From Octopus vulgaris (lineage: Eukaryota), in assembly GCA_951406725.2 (NCBI GenBank), contig OX597838.1, forward strand, positions 26,350,001-26,414,000: a stretch of 64,000 nucleotides of DNA, written 5' to 3'. The position numbers and the translations under genes were made by a program. The notes beneath the pieces were generated by a model. That model saw only the letters and a list, made by a program, of their open reading frames with translations, was not told the origin of the DNA and did no database searches. Positions 1 to 13,310 of the stretch are shown here, in pieces (positions within the stretch are counted from its first letter, which is position 1; each line of letters opens with the position of its first letter).

Positions 1-586
1 CAATTAGCGTCTGCATGTCGGGATGTGCAATTTGCTAGCCATAAGTTTAAGATCGGTATGGCGGAATGTGCTATACAATAGCAATACAACTAACGTCTGC
101 TTGTTGGAACGTATCGTCTGCATTCCGTCATGTGCAGTATGATCTTCTTGCAATTAACCTCTGCATATTAAAACGTACAGTATGATACTCAGCAAGATTC
201 AAGTTTTCTGCATTCGATGTCTCACTGTCTTAGAGCTGCATTTTCCAGCTACTAACAACTGTGTTTGTATGTCAGTGATTGATACGAAACGGGGATGTCA
301 CGGAAAAACGACAAAGCTTACGATTAACTTGACGAGCTTGTGACATGCGATCTGCCTGATCTGTCAAGTAATTTATATCGACCTGTCTATCAAATTCGAT
401 AAAATGATTTCTAAACAACACCTACAGATACATTGAGACGGTGTTTCCCTAAATCTAGGCTCAATGTTTCATGAAATGATATTTACCCATTTTCCCTTCA
501 GATGACAATTCTATGAATTTATAAAATACTGTTGGAAATTATAGCATTGGAAGAAGAAATTTCGGAATATTTAATCATTCATGTGT

Positions 587-636
587 CATCATTCATAGGT
601 CATCATTCATAGGTCATCATTCATAGGTTATCATTC
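587..636. repeat. 14-bp tandem repeat (tcatcattcatagg) about x3.5
   Basis: Directly visible near-perfect repeats. Confidence 0.9.
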
Positions 637-728
637 TCATGAAATCTAAATTAACTCTTTGTTACATGCAAATATTTAAAAGACAATTAGCTTTCTTTTG
701 TTTAAACACTTACAAACATATACACATA

Positions 729-809
<81 letters not shown>

Positions 810-857
810 GTAATGTATGTGTGTGTGTATATATATATATATATACATTCAAATTAT

Positions 858-929
<72 letters not shown>

Positions 930-943
930 TAGACAGACGGATA

Positions 944-1083
944 GATAGATATGGACGGTTTATGGGGTTAGCCTGGGTTTCGCGTCCATAAAGTGCTTAG
1001 CTTTACACCGTTTCTTCAGACCCTAAACCGGTTGGCCTATGGCCTCTCTAGAGAGTAACCCCATAAACTGGCCATGTCTATCT
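944..1083. mobile_element. Small foldback/MITE-like element with about 25-bp terminal inverted repeats, between microsatellites
   Basis: agatatggacggtttatggggtta (947-970) versus taaccccataaactggccatgtct (1056-1079): reverse complements with 3 mismatches. Confidence 0.6.
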
Positions 1084-1162
1084 GTATCTATATATTCTGT
1101 TGATCTATGCCCTTCCTTTTTGGGACTTACGATCAACTGATGATATATATATATACATATAC

Positions 1163-1217
<55 letters not shown>

Positions 1218-1228
1218 CACACACACAC

Positions 1229-1344
<116 letters not shown>

Positions 1345-1633
1345 TTACTGTACATCTATAATTATTCTTTTTCTGTTGTATCTGTATAATTTTTTGTTGT
1401 ATACGTACAATTTTTATACTATTTTGCTTTATCTTATTTTTTGTTCCTTGTCGTATACATTCGTTAGCTATTTCTAGAAGCTTTCTGCTCTGGTGCTGCC
1501 TAGACGAAAGGGAATCAACGTTAAAAGCGCGAAACTACTATGATATCTTGGACGTTGACTGATGAGGAATGAGGTGTGAATTTACTACGGTTTCGTCAAA
1601 TTTTCCGTTTGTTGAGGTCTTTTTATTCAATCC

Positions 1634-1706
<73 letters not shown>

Positions 1707-1974
1707 GAGAACACGCGTTTTAGTATTGTTGTTGTTACTATTGGCAGTGAGCTACCAAAATCGTTATTGTGCCGTGGCATTTCCTGTGGCTTTACGTTTT
1801 GAATTCATATTCCGTCGAGGTAAACTTTGCCTTCCATCCTTTCGGGATCGATAAAATACTTGTCAGTTGTGCACTGGGGTCGATGAACACGAGGGTCGAC
1901 GTAACCAGTTCCCCATAATTTCTGGTTTTATTCCAAAATTTGAAACCATTAATATTATTATTATCATTATCATT

Positions 1975-2370
1975 TTATTGTCTTTGCACAGCTTCTAACG
2001 CTGGAGATGTACTACGGTATCAGTTGTTCACCACCAGTGAACTAGGGTAACACCACTTATTTTTCGAGCACCATCCGAAATATTCGAGCAGCTCCATGTA
2101 GTACTGTTTCCCGCAAGTGCTCCGCCCTTATTGCAGCCCCTATTTGTTCCATGTACTTCTCAAATTTTTTACTTACTGTTTCCAGGGCTCCGACAATTAT
2201 TGGCACTACTACCACCTTTTTCAGCGACCACAACTGCTTAACCTCCCAAGCTAACCTGTTATATCTATCAACTTTTCTTTCTTCCATATCGCATACCATA
2301 TTGTCAGCTGGGTATGCTATATCTATGATCCAGCATCGTTTGCTGTCTTTCTCAATTATCACTATATCAT
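1975..2370 (-). mobile_element. R4/Dong-like non-LTR retrotransposon 3' fragment (restriction-like endonuclease domain + 3'UTR)
   Basis: ORF 2057..2362 has IIDIAYP...EERKVDRY..L..E....W.....VVPIIVGAL, the RLE signature. TAA-type repeats flank both ends. Confidence 0.85.
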
Positions 2371-2404
2371 TATTATTATTATTATTATTATTATTGTTAT
2401 TATT

Positions 2405-2605
2405 ATGGCTGAACCCGAGAAAATTGCTGACCGCATTGCTTTCGGCTACTTACGTTTTCAGTCCAAATTCCACCGCGGTCAATTTTGCGTTTCATCGTTT
2501 CGGGGGTTGATAAAATGAAGTACCAATTGAGCACTGGGGGTCGATGTAATCGACCTCCCCCTTCCCTCAAAATATGTGGCCCCGTGCCAGGACTAGAAAA
2601 GATCG
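2405..2605 (+). mobile_element. Degraded SINE family B copy (another at about 1745-1950)
   Basis: Similar to the core aaattccgccgaggtcgactttgcctttcatcc...agtaccag...ctggggtcgatgtaatcgac of better copies in the window. Confidence 0.75.
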
Positions 2606-2711
2606 TTAATATTTGATACATGAAGACACATACAAACACAAAGATATATATATATATTTATATATGTATATATATTTGTATGTATATATATATAAATGTA
2701 TGTATATATGT

Positions 2712-2769
<58 letters not shown>

Positions 2770-3239
2770 TTATATACATACATATTTGTGTGTGTGTAAG
2801 TTTATTTTATTTTGATAAGTACTTTGGCTCGAAACTCAAGCTCTTAAGCGATTGATGTAGCTTCAAGGCTATAAATAATATGTGTGTGTGAGTGTGAGTG
2901 TGTGTGTGTGTGCGTGTATGCGTGTGTGTGTGTGTGTGTGCGTGTATGCGTGTGTGTGTGTGTGTGTGTGTGTGTACATGCGTGCGCTCCCGCGTGCGTA
3001 CATACTATGTGAAATGCTTATTTTCACGCGGTCAGCATCCCAGTCAAACGCAGAAATCGGTTGATAGATAAACATTTATTTTTGTATGTAGGGCTGTTTA
3101 TGTGCGCATGCCTGGGTAAATGTATATCGGGTATATTTTATGTGTTTGCATGTATACGTATGAATGTGTGTGTGCATATATACATTATATATATATATTT
3201 ATATATATATATATTATATATATATATATATATTATATA

Positions 3240-3292
<53 letters not shown>

Positions 3293-3500
3293 GTATATAT
3301 ATATGTATATACATATGTATGTACAAACTGATACGTTGGTATCTGTGCATCTATAATTGCAAGCACATGTAACGAAGCTTGCAAGTTATAAATATAGCGT
3401 GAAAAACAGCAAGGTAGCACACGGCACATCACACAATTTGCACAAATATGCATAATATATACGTGTGTGTGTTAGGCGTGTGTGTATGATTATGTGCGTG

Positions 3501-3539
<39 letters not shown>

Positions 3540-3667
3540 ATATATACACACACACATATATATATATACATACGTATACATACATATATATACACATACG
3601 TTTAGATATAAATATATAAAATACGTCTGTGTGTATGTATATATATATGTATATATATATATATGTT

Positions 3668-3714
<47 letters not shown>

Positions 3715-3734
3715 CATTTGTGTGGATGTATATA

Positions 3735-3779
<45 letters not shown>

Positions 3780-4454
3780 ACATAAGTATGGTGTATTCTA
3801 TGCATGATTGCATCAGAGCAGTTTTGATAACCGAAACAATTCATTCTGTATATGCACCCACCCGCCATTTTCTCCTGCTTTTTGTGTTTTTCTTATCTTT
3901 TTTCTGTCTCTTTCTTTCTTCCTTCCTTCCTTCCTTCCTTTCTTTCTTTCTTTCTTTCTTCCTTTCTTTCTTTCTTTGGATCTTGTTTCTGCCAGCCTCT
4001 ATTTCTTTCCCCATTTCCCCTTATTTCATTCTTCTTTATCGTATGTATGTGCTTATTTGTGCGTGTATGTGTGTATATGGTGTGTATATGGTGAGTGCGT
4101 GTGTGTGTGTGTGTAGCTATGTATGCATGCGTATGTATACGTATGCATATTAAGCGTATCTTGCTCATCACTTCGCTCTACAATCAGAAAATTCAGGTTC
4201 GAGCTCACAAGACCACAATATCTTTTCACCCAACCTTGGACTTAATCCAATGGTTTTCAAACTTAGGCGACAAGACCCCTTCGAACAGACTACACCAGTA
4301 ATTTAATAGGCACGACACTATCATAAACCCCTTGAGAGGTAATGGTCTAACTGTGAAATAGAAATAATCAAGAAGTTGACGCTTCGGACAATTCTTGTTC
4401 ATCACAGGTGGTAAAAGAGAGATGGGCTAAAGTTTCTTCCAGCTCACAGTTTTC

Positions 4455-4680
4455 ATTCAAAATTAATAGTTTCAAATTTTGACACATAGCCAGCAATATT
4501 CGGGGAGAGGAGAACGCGATTACATCGACCCCACTACTTTGGCTGGTACTTATTTTATTGACTCCCGAATGAATGTAAAATAAAGTCAACCTCGGCGGAA
4601 TTTACTCAGGGACAAAGGCAGATGAAATGCCGATTAGCATTTTGTACGTCGCGATTACGATTCTGCCAGTTCACCGCCCT
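4455..4680 (-). mobile_element. SINE family B copy
   Basis: Reverse complement of the family B head and core. Confidence 0.75.
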
Positions 4681-4731
4681 TACCACCCTAAATTAATGAA
4701 ATGTACTTAATAGGGTTTCTAATTTAATTTA

Positions 4732-5343
4732 AGGCGGCGAACTGGCAGAAACGTTGCACGCCGGGCGAAATGCTTAGCTATTTCGTCTGTCTGTACGTTC
4801 TGAGTTCAAATTCCGCCGAGGTCTACTCTGCCTTTCATCCTTTCGGGGTGAATAAATTAAGTACCAGTTACGCACTGGTTTCGATGTAATCGACTTAATC
4901 TCTTTGTCTGTCCTTGTTTGTCCCCTCTATGTTTAGCCTCTTGTGGGCAATAAAGAAATAAGAAACGTTAACATGCCGGGCGAAATGCTCAACGGTATTT
5001 CGTCTGCCGCTACGTTCTGAGTTCAAATTCCGCCGAGGTCGACTTTGCCTTTCATCCTTTTGGGGTTGATAAATTAAGAACCAGTTACGCACTGGGGTCG
5101 ATGTAATCGACTTGATCCCTTTGTCTGTCCTTGTTTGTCCCCTCTGTGTTTAGCCCCTTGTGGGTAGTAAAGAAATAGGTATTTCGTCTCTCTTTACGTT
5201 CTGAGTTCAAATTCCGCCGAGGTCAACTTTGCCTTTCATCCTTTAGGGTCTATAAATTAAATACCAGTTGCGTACTGGGGACGATCTAATCGACTGATCT
5301 CCTCCCTGAAAATTTCGAGCCTTGTGCCTAGAGTAGGAAAGGA
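4732..5343 (+). mobile_element. tRNA-derived SINE family B, trimeric insertion
   Basis: Head ggcggcgaactggcagaaacg, box-B-like gagttcaaattcc present three times, and the whole array flanked by tttctaatttaat (4716-4728 / 5344-5356). Confidence 0.9.
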
Positions 5344-5627
5344 TTTCTAATTTAATAAGTTAGGAAGTTTAATGAAAAGTTGTATTCGTTTCGTCAGGGC
5401 CCGTCAACAATATTGTTTTATATTATTTAGAACAGTAATTTCTAACACAAGTAACGCAGTAAACTACTCGACCGAACAATTATGCTTTATGTCTGGGGCT
5501 GTCGGATTAATTCGGTCGTTTTCCTTTTTTTTTTTTCATTTATGTTAATCCAATCTAATTTTATTCGAATTAACACGAGAAGATACATTTATTTTAGTGG
5601 TTTATTTTTTTTGTGTTATGTTTCTTT

Positions 5628-5696
<69 letters not shown>

Positions 5697-5731
5697 GGCG
5701 CAGGGCTGGCTGTGTGGTAAGAATCTTCCTT

Positions 5732-5807
<76 letters not shown>

Positions 5808-5809
5808 TG

Positions 5810-6182
5810 GGCGCAGGGCTGGCTGTGTGGTAAGAATCTTCCTTACCAACCACATAGTTCCGGTTTCAGTCCCACTGCGTGGCACCTTGGCCAAGTGTTT
5901 TCTGCTATGACCTCAGGCCGACCAAAGCCCTGTGAGTGGATTTGGTTGACAGAAACTGAAGGAAGCCCGTCGTGTGTCTGTGTGTCCGTGTTTGTCCCCA
6001 ACCATCGCTTGACAACCGATGTTGTTGTGTTTACGTCCTCGTAACTTAGCAGTTCGGTAAAAGACGACCGATAGAATAAGTACTAGGATTACAAAGAATA
6101 AATCCTGGAGTCGACCAGAGTCGGTGCTCCAGCATGGCCGCTGTCAAATGCGTGAAACAAGTAAAAAAATAAAAGAGTAAAT
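5810..6182 (+). mobile_element. tRNA-derived SINE family A (head locally duplicated at about 5695-5732)
   Basis: ggcgcagg..tggctgtgtggtaag box A, ggtttcagtccc box-B-like, 3' end gctccagcatggccg...tgaaacaagtaaaa. Confidence 0.9.
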
Positions 6183-6550
6183 GAAAACATATATATACAT
6201 ACGTATGTATGTATGTATGTATGTATTTATTTATGTATGTATGCATGTATGTATGTGTGTGTATGTATGTATGTGTGTATATATGTATGTATGTGTGTAT
6301 GTATGTATGTGTGTATGTATGTGTGTATGTATGTATATGTGTATGTATGTGTGTGTGTATGTATGTATGCATGTATGTATGCATGTATGTAAGTACGGAT
6401 GTATGCATTATGTAGGTAAGTCATTACTCAGTTTTATTTCAAGATTTTCTCCCTGTAAAGAAAGAGCTGGTTTCTAACCTAGATCGAAGATTCCTTTATT
6501 GGATTTTCAATACCATCAACAGGGTATCTTTGCACGTATTTGTTTATACA

Positions 6551-8112
6551 CAGTCGTCCTCAAAATTATTCATACTCCATGGAAACTAATATTCTGTTTT
6601 AGATTCTTCATTTGTATTAATAAAAGCTATTATGTTGGTACTTCCTATGTATCTTTTGTCTACCTGTTGTCATGCACAAATCCACATATGAGTTGGCTAA
6701 ACTTCATTTGCATAATAATAGATATGGCCTAAAGTTCTCTATTACACATGTTCAGAATTATTCATACTCCTGTTTTCACTTCCTGTGAATATGCTTATCT
6801 TTGTCCTGTAGTTATTTCCAGAAAAGTATAAACAGAGGAGTAAAAAAAAGGAAAAGTGTTCTGGTCATACTCAGTTTCTGATCATCATAGCCAAGATGAA
6901 GGAGCTTAGTGGGGACCTGCGTCAACGTTTTGTGCGTGCCCACAGTGAAGGAAAGGGTTACAAGGCCATTTCAAAACAGCATGATGTCCCTGTGGCAACC
7001 GTCCAGTGCATAATCAACAAACTCAAGAGGCTCAACACTGTTAAAAAACCTCAGTAGGTGTGGCAGGAAGCGTAAGGTGTCTCCTTAACTTGCCAGGAAA
7101 ATCTGCCGAGAGGTCAACAACAACAACCCCCGGACCACAAGCATGGCCCTAATTGAAGCGCTTGACCAGGCAGAGATGAAGGTCTCACGGTCCGCCATTG
7201 AACGAGTCTTGCATAGAGGAGGTCTCCGTGAACGTAGGCCTCGGAAGACGCTACTGCTCATGATGAAAAGTACTGGGGGACTCGCCTGGCCTTTGCTAGA
7301 GGTTATCTTAAGCAAGATCCCAGTTTTTGGTCAACCATCCAGTAGGCTGATGAGACGAAGCTGGAGTTATTTGGCCACATGGATGCTGAATACGCCTGGA
7401 GGAAGAAAGGAGAAGCATACAAGCCGAACACTGTGCCCATCGTCAAGCATGGTGGTGGACACATAATGTTAAGGGAATGCTTCTCTTCCAGTGGCACAGG
7501 GAACCATGTCAAGGTCAAAAGAACCATGAGAAAGGATCCTTGAAAACGTGAAGGAATCCGCTGAGGAAAACTTCAACTGGGCCACAGCTGGAAGTACCAG
7601 CAGGACACTATCACCAAGGTAGTGAAGAAATGGTTCAAGGACAATGTCAACGTCCTAGACTGACCAAGTCGGAGTCCTGACCTGAATCCAATCGAGAACT
7701 TGTGGTGAGACTTGAAGACCAGGGTGATGGCTAGGAAACCGACAAACCTGACCCAGCTCGAGGTTTTCGTCAAGGAAGAAGGGCCAACATCCCGCGGGAG
7801 ACATGCAGGAAATTTGTGGACACGTACAAGAATCGTTTAGAAGCAGTCAAAAAAGCAAAGGCTACGCTATTGACTCTTAAGTGAAGATATTAGACTCAGC
7901 AAACCTAGGGTATGAATAATTTTGAACATGACATTTTTTGAAAATCCATGAATAAAATTCCCCTGAAGAATTTCTTGAATTGTGTATTGTTATTCTTTCA
8001 CTTGTTGGTCACATATAACTCATAAACAAACTTAACAAAATGAATTCATTTTATCACAAAACCGAAAAATCACAAAAATTAAAAATGGTAACAATAATTT
8101 TGAGCATGACTG
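6551..8112 (+). mobile_element. Tc1-family DNA transposon with IR/DR ends
   Basis: Terminal cagtcgtcctcaaaattatt versus aataattttgagcatgactg followed by TA. Inner repeats at about 6748-6769 and 7908-7932. Contains a transposase remnant. Confidence 0.92.
6887..7880 (+). pseudogene. Tc1 (Sleeping Beauty-like, DD34E type) transposase pseudogene
   Basis: MKELSGDLRQRFV..HSEGKGYKAISKQ HTH region, plus (S/A)DETKLEL, VKHGGGHIM and SRSPDLNPIENLW motifs. Several frameshifts and stops. Confidence 0.9.
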
Positions 8113-8114
8113 TA

Positions 8115-8448
8115 TGCAATATTTGGAGTCTGAACGTGCAGATCTGTGTGTTTTGCTTTGTGTATGTATTCTCATGTATATAGTTACATGTCAGGACATA
8201 TGCATATATTTTTGAATGATAAACTTCTAGAAAATTTTACGAAGTTTTACAATTCCAGTGATGGCTTGGATTTGTAGTCTTTGAAACAGCTTTCTCCTTT
8301 CTGGTTTTGAGAAGCCTTTCTCAAGATTGGTACTTAGGCAGTGTGTTACATATCCTAGGGCCCCAATAATTACAGGTATAAACACGAACTCGTAATTTGG
8401 GTGGAGTAACTGTATATTTCTCAATAGTTCAGTGTATTTTCTTTGTAT
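8115..8448 (-). mobile_element. Second RLE-type LINE 3' fragment; its 3'UTR probably continues at 6421-6550 across the Tc1 insertion
   Basis: KYTELLRNIQLLHPNYEFVFIPVIIGALG, an RLE C-terminal motif, in ORF 8227..8493. Confidence 0.75.
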
Positions 8449-8449
8449 A

Positions 8450-8853
8450 GGCGAAGGATTGGCTGTGTGGTAAGTAGCATGCTTACCAACCACATGGTTC
8501 CGGGTTCAGTCCCACTGCATAGCACCTTGGACAAGTGTCTTCTACTATAGCCTCGGGCCGACCAAAGCCTTGCGAGTGGATTTGGTAGACGGAAACTGAA
8601 AGAATCCCGTCATATATATGAATGAGTGTGTTTGTTCCCCACCATCGCTTGACAACCGATGTTGTTTATATATGATGTGTGTATGTGTGTCGACAACCGA
8701 TGTTGGTGTGTTTACGTCCCCGTAACTTAGTGGTTCGGCAAAAGAGAACCGATAGAATAAGTCCTGGGATCGATCTGTTCGACTAAAGGCGGTGCTCCAG
8801 CATAGCCACAGTTAAATAACTGAAAAAAGTAAGAGAATAAAATAATAAAAGAG
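8450..8853 (+). mobile_element. SINE family A
   Basis: Full head, body and tail match other copies. Confidence 0.9.
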
Positions 8854-9965
8854 TTACACTAACATCCGCTGGGCAGGAAGTGAGTACATGTTATGCATTG
8901 GATTGTTAAAAAAAAGTTCTCTTAACCCTTTCCAATATTATTTTAATTAACACGAAAAGTATATTTTTTTTATTGTGGTGCTTTCTTGGAAAAATTTGTA
9001 GTCCTATTCTTCCTCTACAACTTTGTTAATCATTTTGATATTTTTTAGGCATATGACAATGGAGTGCCTAGTAGAACAAAAACAAAAAAAAAGAAACGAA
9101 CGAATTTATCAGACAACCCAATCCTTTAAAAACATGCACATGATACAAACAGGCTTTCTATATATATATATATATATATATATAGTGTTCGTTTATTAAA
9201 TAAAGAATTACTGAATAATTTTCTGTAGCTGAAGTGATATTTATAGGTTAAATATATATATATGATTACCTTTCTGTTTAATGTTTTTTTTTTGTTTGTT
9301 TTTTTGCTTTATGCATAAAGTGCTCTAGAATATTTTTATTTACTCTAAAGTGCACCACTGCGAGTAAAAGCAAAACTAAAACAGTTTTCATATTCACTGA
9401 TTCAAAAAAAAAAAAAACTGCTTCGTATAAAATAGATAAAAAGAAAACTTAATACAAAAAAAAAGAAGAAACAAGACAGAAATGCGTTAAATTGAACAGT
9501 TGAGGTAATATTGTATAACAACCATCCATTACTGTGGCTTGGTTTTAACGAAATGTTTTTGAATGTTTTAGGTTAAAGAGTTTATTATAAAGCAAGTTTA
9601 AAATGCGCAAGATGGCGGCTAGCCATAAGCAAATCAGACGATAATTCTCTCTCTCTTTCACTCTCTCCCTCTCTCTATCTCCCTGTCTCTTTTTTCCCCT
9701 TTTCTCTCTTCCATTCTCTAGCAAAGGTGTTAAGTGACTAAACAAATGAATTCATTGCAAGCTGATCTCCGGAATGCAGTTTGAAAGACTTCAGATCGTT
9801 CTATAAAACATATGAGACAAGTAGGGGCAAGAAACATCTATTTTTAAAGATTATTTTTTTAGTTTATAAAAAGAAAACAGGAAAAAATAAACTTTTGTGA
9901 ATGTTTTATTTTGAGTTCTGAGACGGTTTAAAACTTTACACACAAGTAGGCTACTTATATATATG

Positions 9966-10031
<66 letters not shown>

Positions 10032-10060
10032 GATAGAACATATATTTGCGTGTGTATATA

Positions 10061-10163
<103 letters not shown>

Positions 10164-10652
10164 ATATATATATATTGTACGACGATATATAAATTACATA
10201 TACATATGTATATATGAATATGTGTTTATGCAAGTGCATGATTGAGTAGATAAATGTGTGTACGCATGCGTCCACATGCATATGTACGTATGTATGTATA
10301 ATTAGCCACAGATTGCAATATATATATGTGAGTGTGTATGCATATATATATATATATATGTATGTATGTATATATTTACATCCGTGTGCGCGTCTGTGTG
10401 CATAAGTATGTATACACATACTTATACACTCGTTCGTATATGTGTATAAGTGAGATAGCGTGCATGTGTGTGTGTATGTCCGTGTGTGTGTGTGTGAGTG
10501 TTTATATGAGACGATGATGTTCTCAATGTAGGTAGCTGCTAATTTGAAACAAAAAGTCAGCTGCTTTATTACAGCCTCTCAATCCTCAGCTGTAGATGAG
10601 ATGTCTGTTACAGGTCAGATAAAGCTACCCTACTTTCACTATCTCCCCCCCG

Positions 10653-10689
<37 letters not shown>

Positions 10690-11087
10690 GCTTGCTTTCT
10701 TCCTTCCTTTCTTTCTTCACCTATCTACTACTTTCTATAAGCCACTTCAAGCAGGTTTCTTTTTTTATACACGCGTCGTGTTTCTTTCATAATTAATCAT
10801 AACTAATTATACTTCAGATACTTTTTCTCTACCTACCTACACACACATACACGCACAAACATACATATATAAATGCATACGTATATACATACTTGCACAC
10901 ACCCATACATATATATATGTACATATACGCATCCAGTTATGCATACATACATATGTACGTGCATGTATACATAAATACATGCAAACACATATACATATGT
11001 ACTTGCATACATGCATAAATACATAACTGTCCTGATTGATAGCTAAATCCACAAGTTTTATATCTCTCTGTTTATTTTCTGGTGTTC

Positions 11088-11123
11088 CTTTCTGTTGAAG
11101 AGCGTAGGCTCGAAACGTAAAAG
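11088..11123 (+). ncRNA. Minimal type I hammerhead-like motif in a Penelope-like 3' end (about 11025-11206)
   Basis: cttt-CTGTTGA-a-gagc(gtag)gctc-GAAA-cgta-aaag. Stems I and II pair, with palindromic ACGT at stem III. Confidence 0.7.
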
Positions 11124-11220
11124 ACTTTCTCAGTTTCCCGAATATCAAACTAATACATCTGCTTGTTGTTTATATACCTGTCGTCGTCTTTTGTTTTTCT
11201 GTAAATATATATATACATAC

Positions 11221-11310
<90 letters not shown>

Positions 11311-11570
11311 TTGTGTGTACATATACATGTATATGTGTATGTATATACATATATGTGCATATATATATATATATATACACACATATGTATATACATACAT
11401 ATATACATGTAACGATATGTATGTATGCACATATACATGTATATATGTATGTATATATATGCATATATATAGACATATGTATATATATACATACATATAT
11501 GCACATATACACACACACACATATATATATATGTGTATATACATGTATATATGCATGTATATATGCATGC

Positions 11571-11618
<48 letters not shown>

Positions 11619-11689
11619 ATAAATGTTCTGGCTACGTCATCCGCAATTCAGTTAATCACGATATGAAACAGCTTTACTTTTCAGAATAT

Positions 11690-12740
11690 TAATGCGTTCC
11701 AGATACTCAACCTTGACAACTGCAAATCCAGAATATTCTAATGACGTAACCCTTATGCCATATACTATTTCAGAAGTCAGTAACTGTCCCTATGTTAAGT
11801 CTAGAAAGATAGAATTCATTAGATACAATTTGGAAGGCAGCATCACCTCATTATCCGGAAGTTTGATAAAATCAGTAAATTCACTCACGTACCTTGGGGG
11901 CAATGTGACATCTACAGAGTCAGATGTTACGCTACACGTCATCAAAACTTAGGCTGCACTTAAAGGTCTCAAAATGAATTGGAGACCTAAGCTGTTAGTA
12001 AATACGAAAAGGAATTCATCCTGTGTGCACGGTGAACTTCAAGAATCGAAGTGATGATTTGCATATTAATTCTTAATATGTTCCGGTAGATTCGAACGCG
12101 GATATTTTTATGGCTTTTGTGCTTCGTCATAAGAGAGCAACTTCTCCTTTCAGACAAATGTATGTTCGAAACATACTCGATTCTTCGGCGTAATGGGATT
12201 AAGGAACACCTGGTATTTCAACATTGGTGTGCCAGTACCTTACTTCGTAGTGTGATAAATACCGTGAAACCAATAGCCTCTATGTTAAGGCTAGAAAGAC
12301 AGAATTCATCAGCAGTTCAATAAGATAAATAAATTCATTCAGGTACCTTAGGAACAATTTAACGTCTACAGAGTCAGATGATATGCTACGTGCCATCAAA
12401 ACTTGGGCAACATTTAATGAACTCAACATAATATGAACGCTTATGTTCTTTGTAAATACGAAGGCGAATTCATCCTCACAATGATTGAATCGGTATTGTT
12501 TTATGGCTATCCAACCTTTACGCGAAACATACGGCTTCAAAGTATGTCCAATCGCACCTCAAGGCACAGGTTTCGTACCGTTTTGAGTGCATCTTACAAA
12601 GAACCCACTTGCAAAAGAAACATTCTATAATACTCTTCCTGGAGTATTAGTCGCCTTTAGAGATAGAAGAGTTTGCTTCGCAGGAGTAACAATGGAGTAA
12701 TAAAAAAAGAAGAGGAGGTGGTTAGCGACATTCTGCGCTG
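11690..12740 (+). mobile_element. Two degraded RTE/RTE-X-like LINE fragments (about 11690-12010 and 12290-12740)
   Basis: SVNSLTYLGGNVTSTESDV and LTSTESDD..AIKTWA..IESVLFYG...[10 protein letters not shown] resemble the post-RT region of RTE-type ORF2. Confidence 0.65.
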
Positions 12741-12977
12741 GACGCCTTGGCAGATATGTTTATGTGTATCTTCGCGTCTGTATATGCGTGGGGTGTATAC
12801 GTGTGTAGGTGTATAATACGTGTATATATTCGTGAATCTATATTCACTCTGTTACTCACATGCATATATATATATACACACACATATATATATATATGTG
12901 TGTGTGTATGTGTATATGTTTATGTAAATATGTGTATATACATGAATATACATATGAATAAATATACATTCATAATA

Positions 12978-13040
<63 letters not shown>

Positions 13041-13078
13041 ATATCTATATATATGCGTGTATGTATGTGTGTGTTTTT

Positions 13079-13154
<76 letters not shown>

Positions 13155-13157
<3 letters not shown>

Positions 13158-13310
13158 GATTGGTTGTATACTGTCAACTTAACGTGGCAGTAGGGAAGGA
13201 CACAGGAAATGTGTCGAAGCCGACAGGAAGCGTCGGTGCTTCCTAGGGCTAAACAGCGGTGGTGTAATCCCCTACTGCCACGTTAAGTTGACAGTATACA
13301 ACCAATCTAT
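13155..13310. mobile_element. Foldback element with perfect 41-bp inverted repeats and a structured 74-nt spacer
   Basis: atagattggttgtatactgtcaacttaacgtggcagtaggg (13155-13195) is the exact reverse complement of 13270-13310. Confidence 0.75.

Noticed and set aside
1-220. Degenerate repeat of about 40-45 bp (tctgca...cagtatgat)
   Set aside because: Too decayed, and cut by the window edge, to define a unit
1099-1138. Short gttgatc/gatcaac hairpin
   Set aside because: A 7-bp stem is expected by chance
13196-13245. Bacterial CsrB/RsmZ-like GGA-loop hairpins
   Set aside because: Only two hairpins, in a eukaryotic repeat context inside an inverted repeat; the resemblance is superficial
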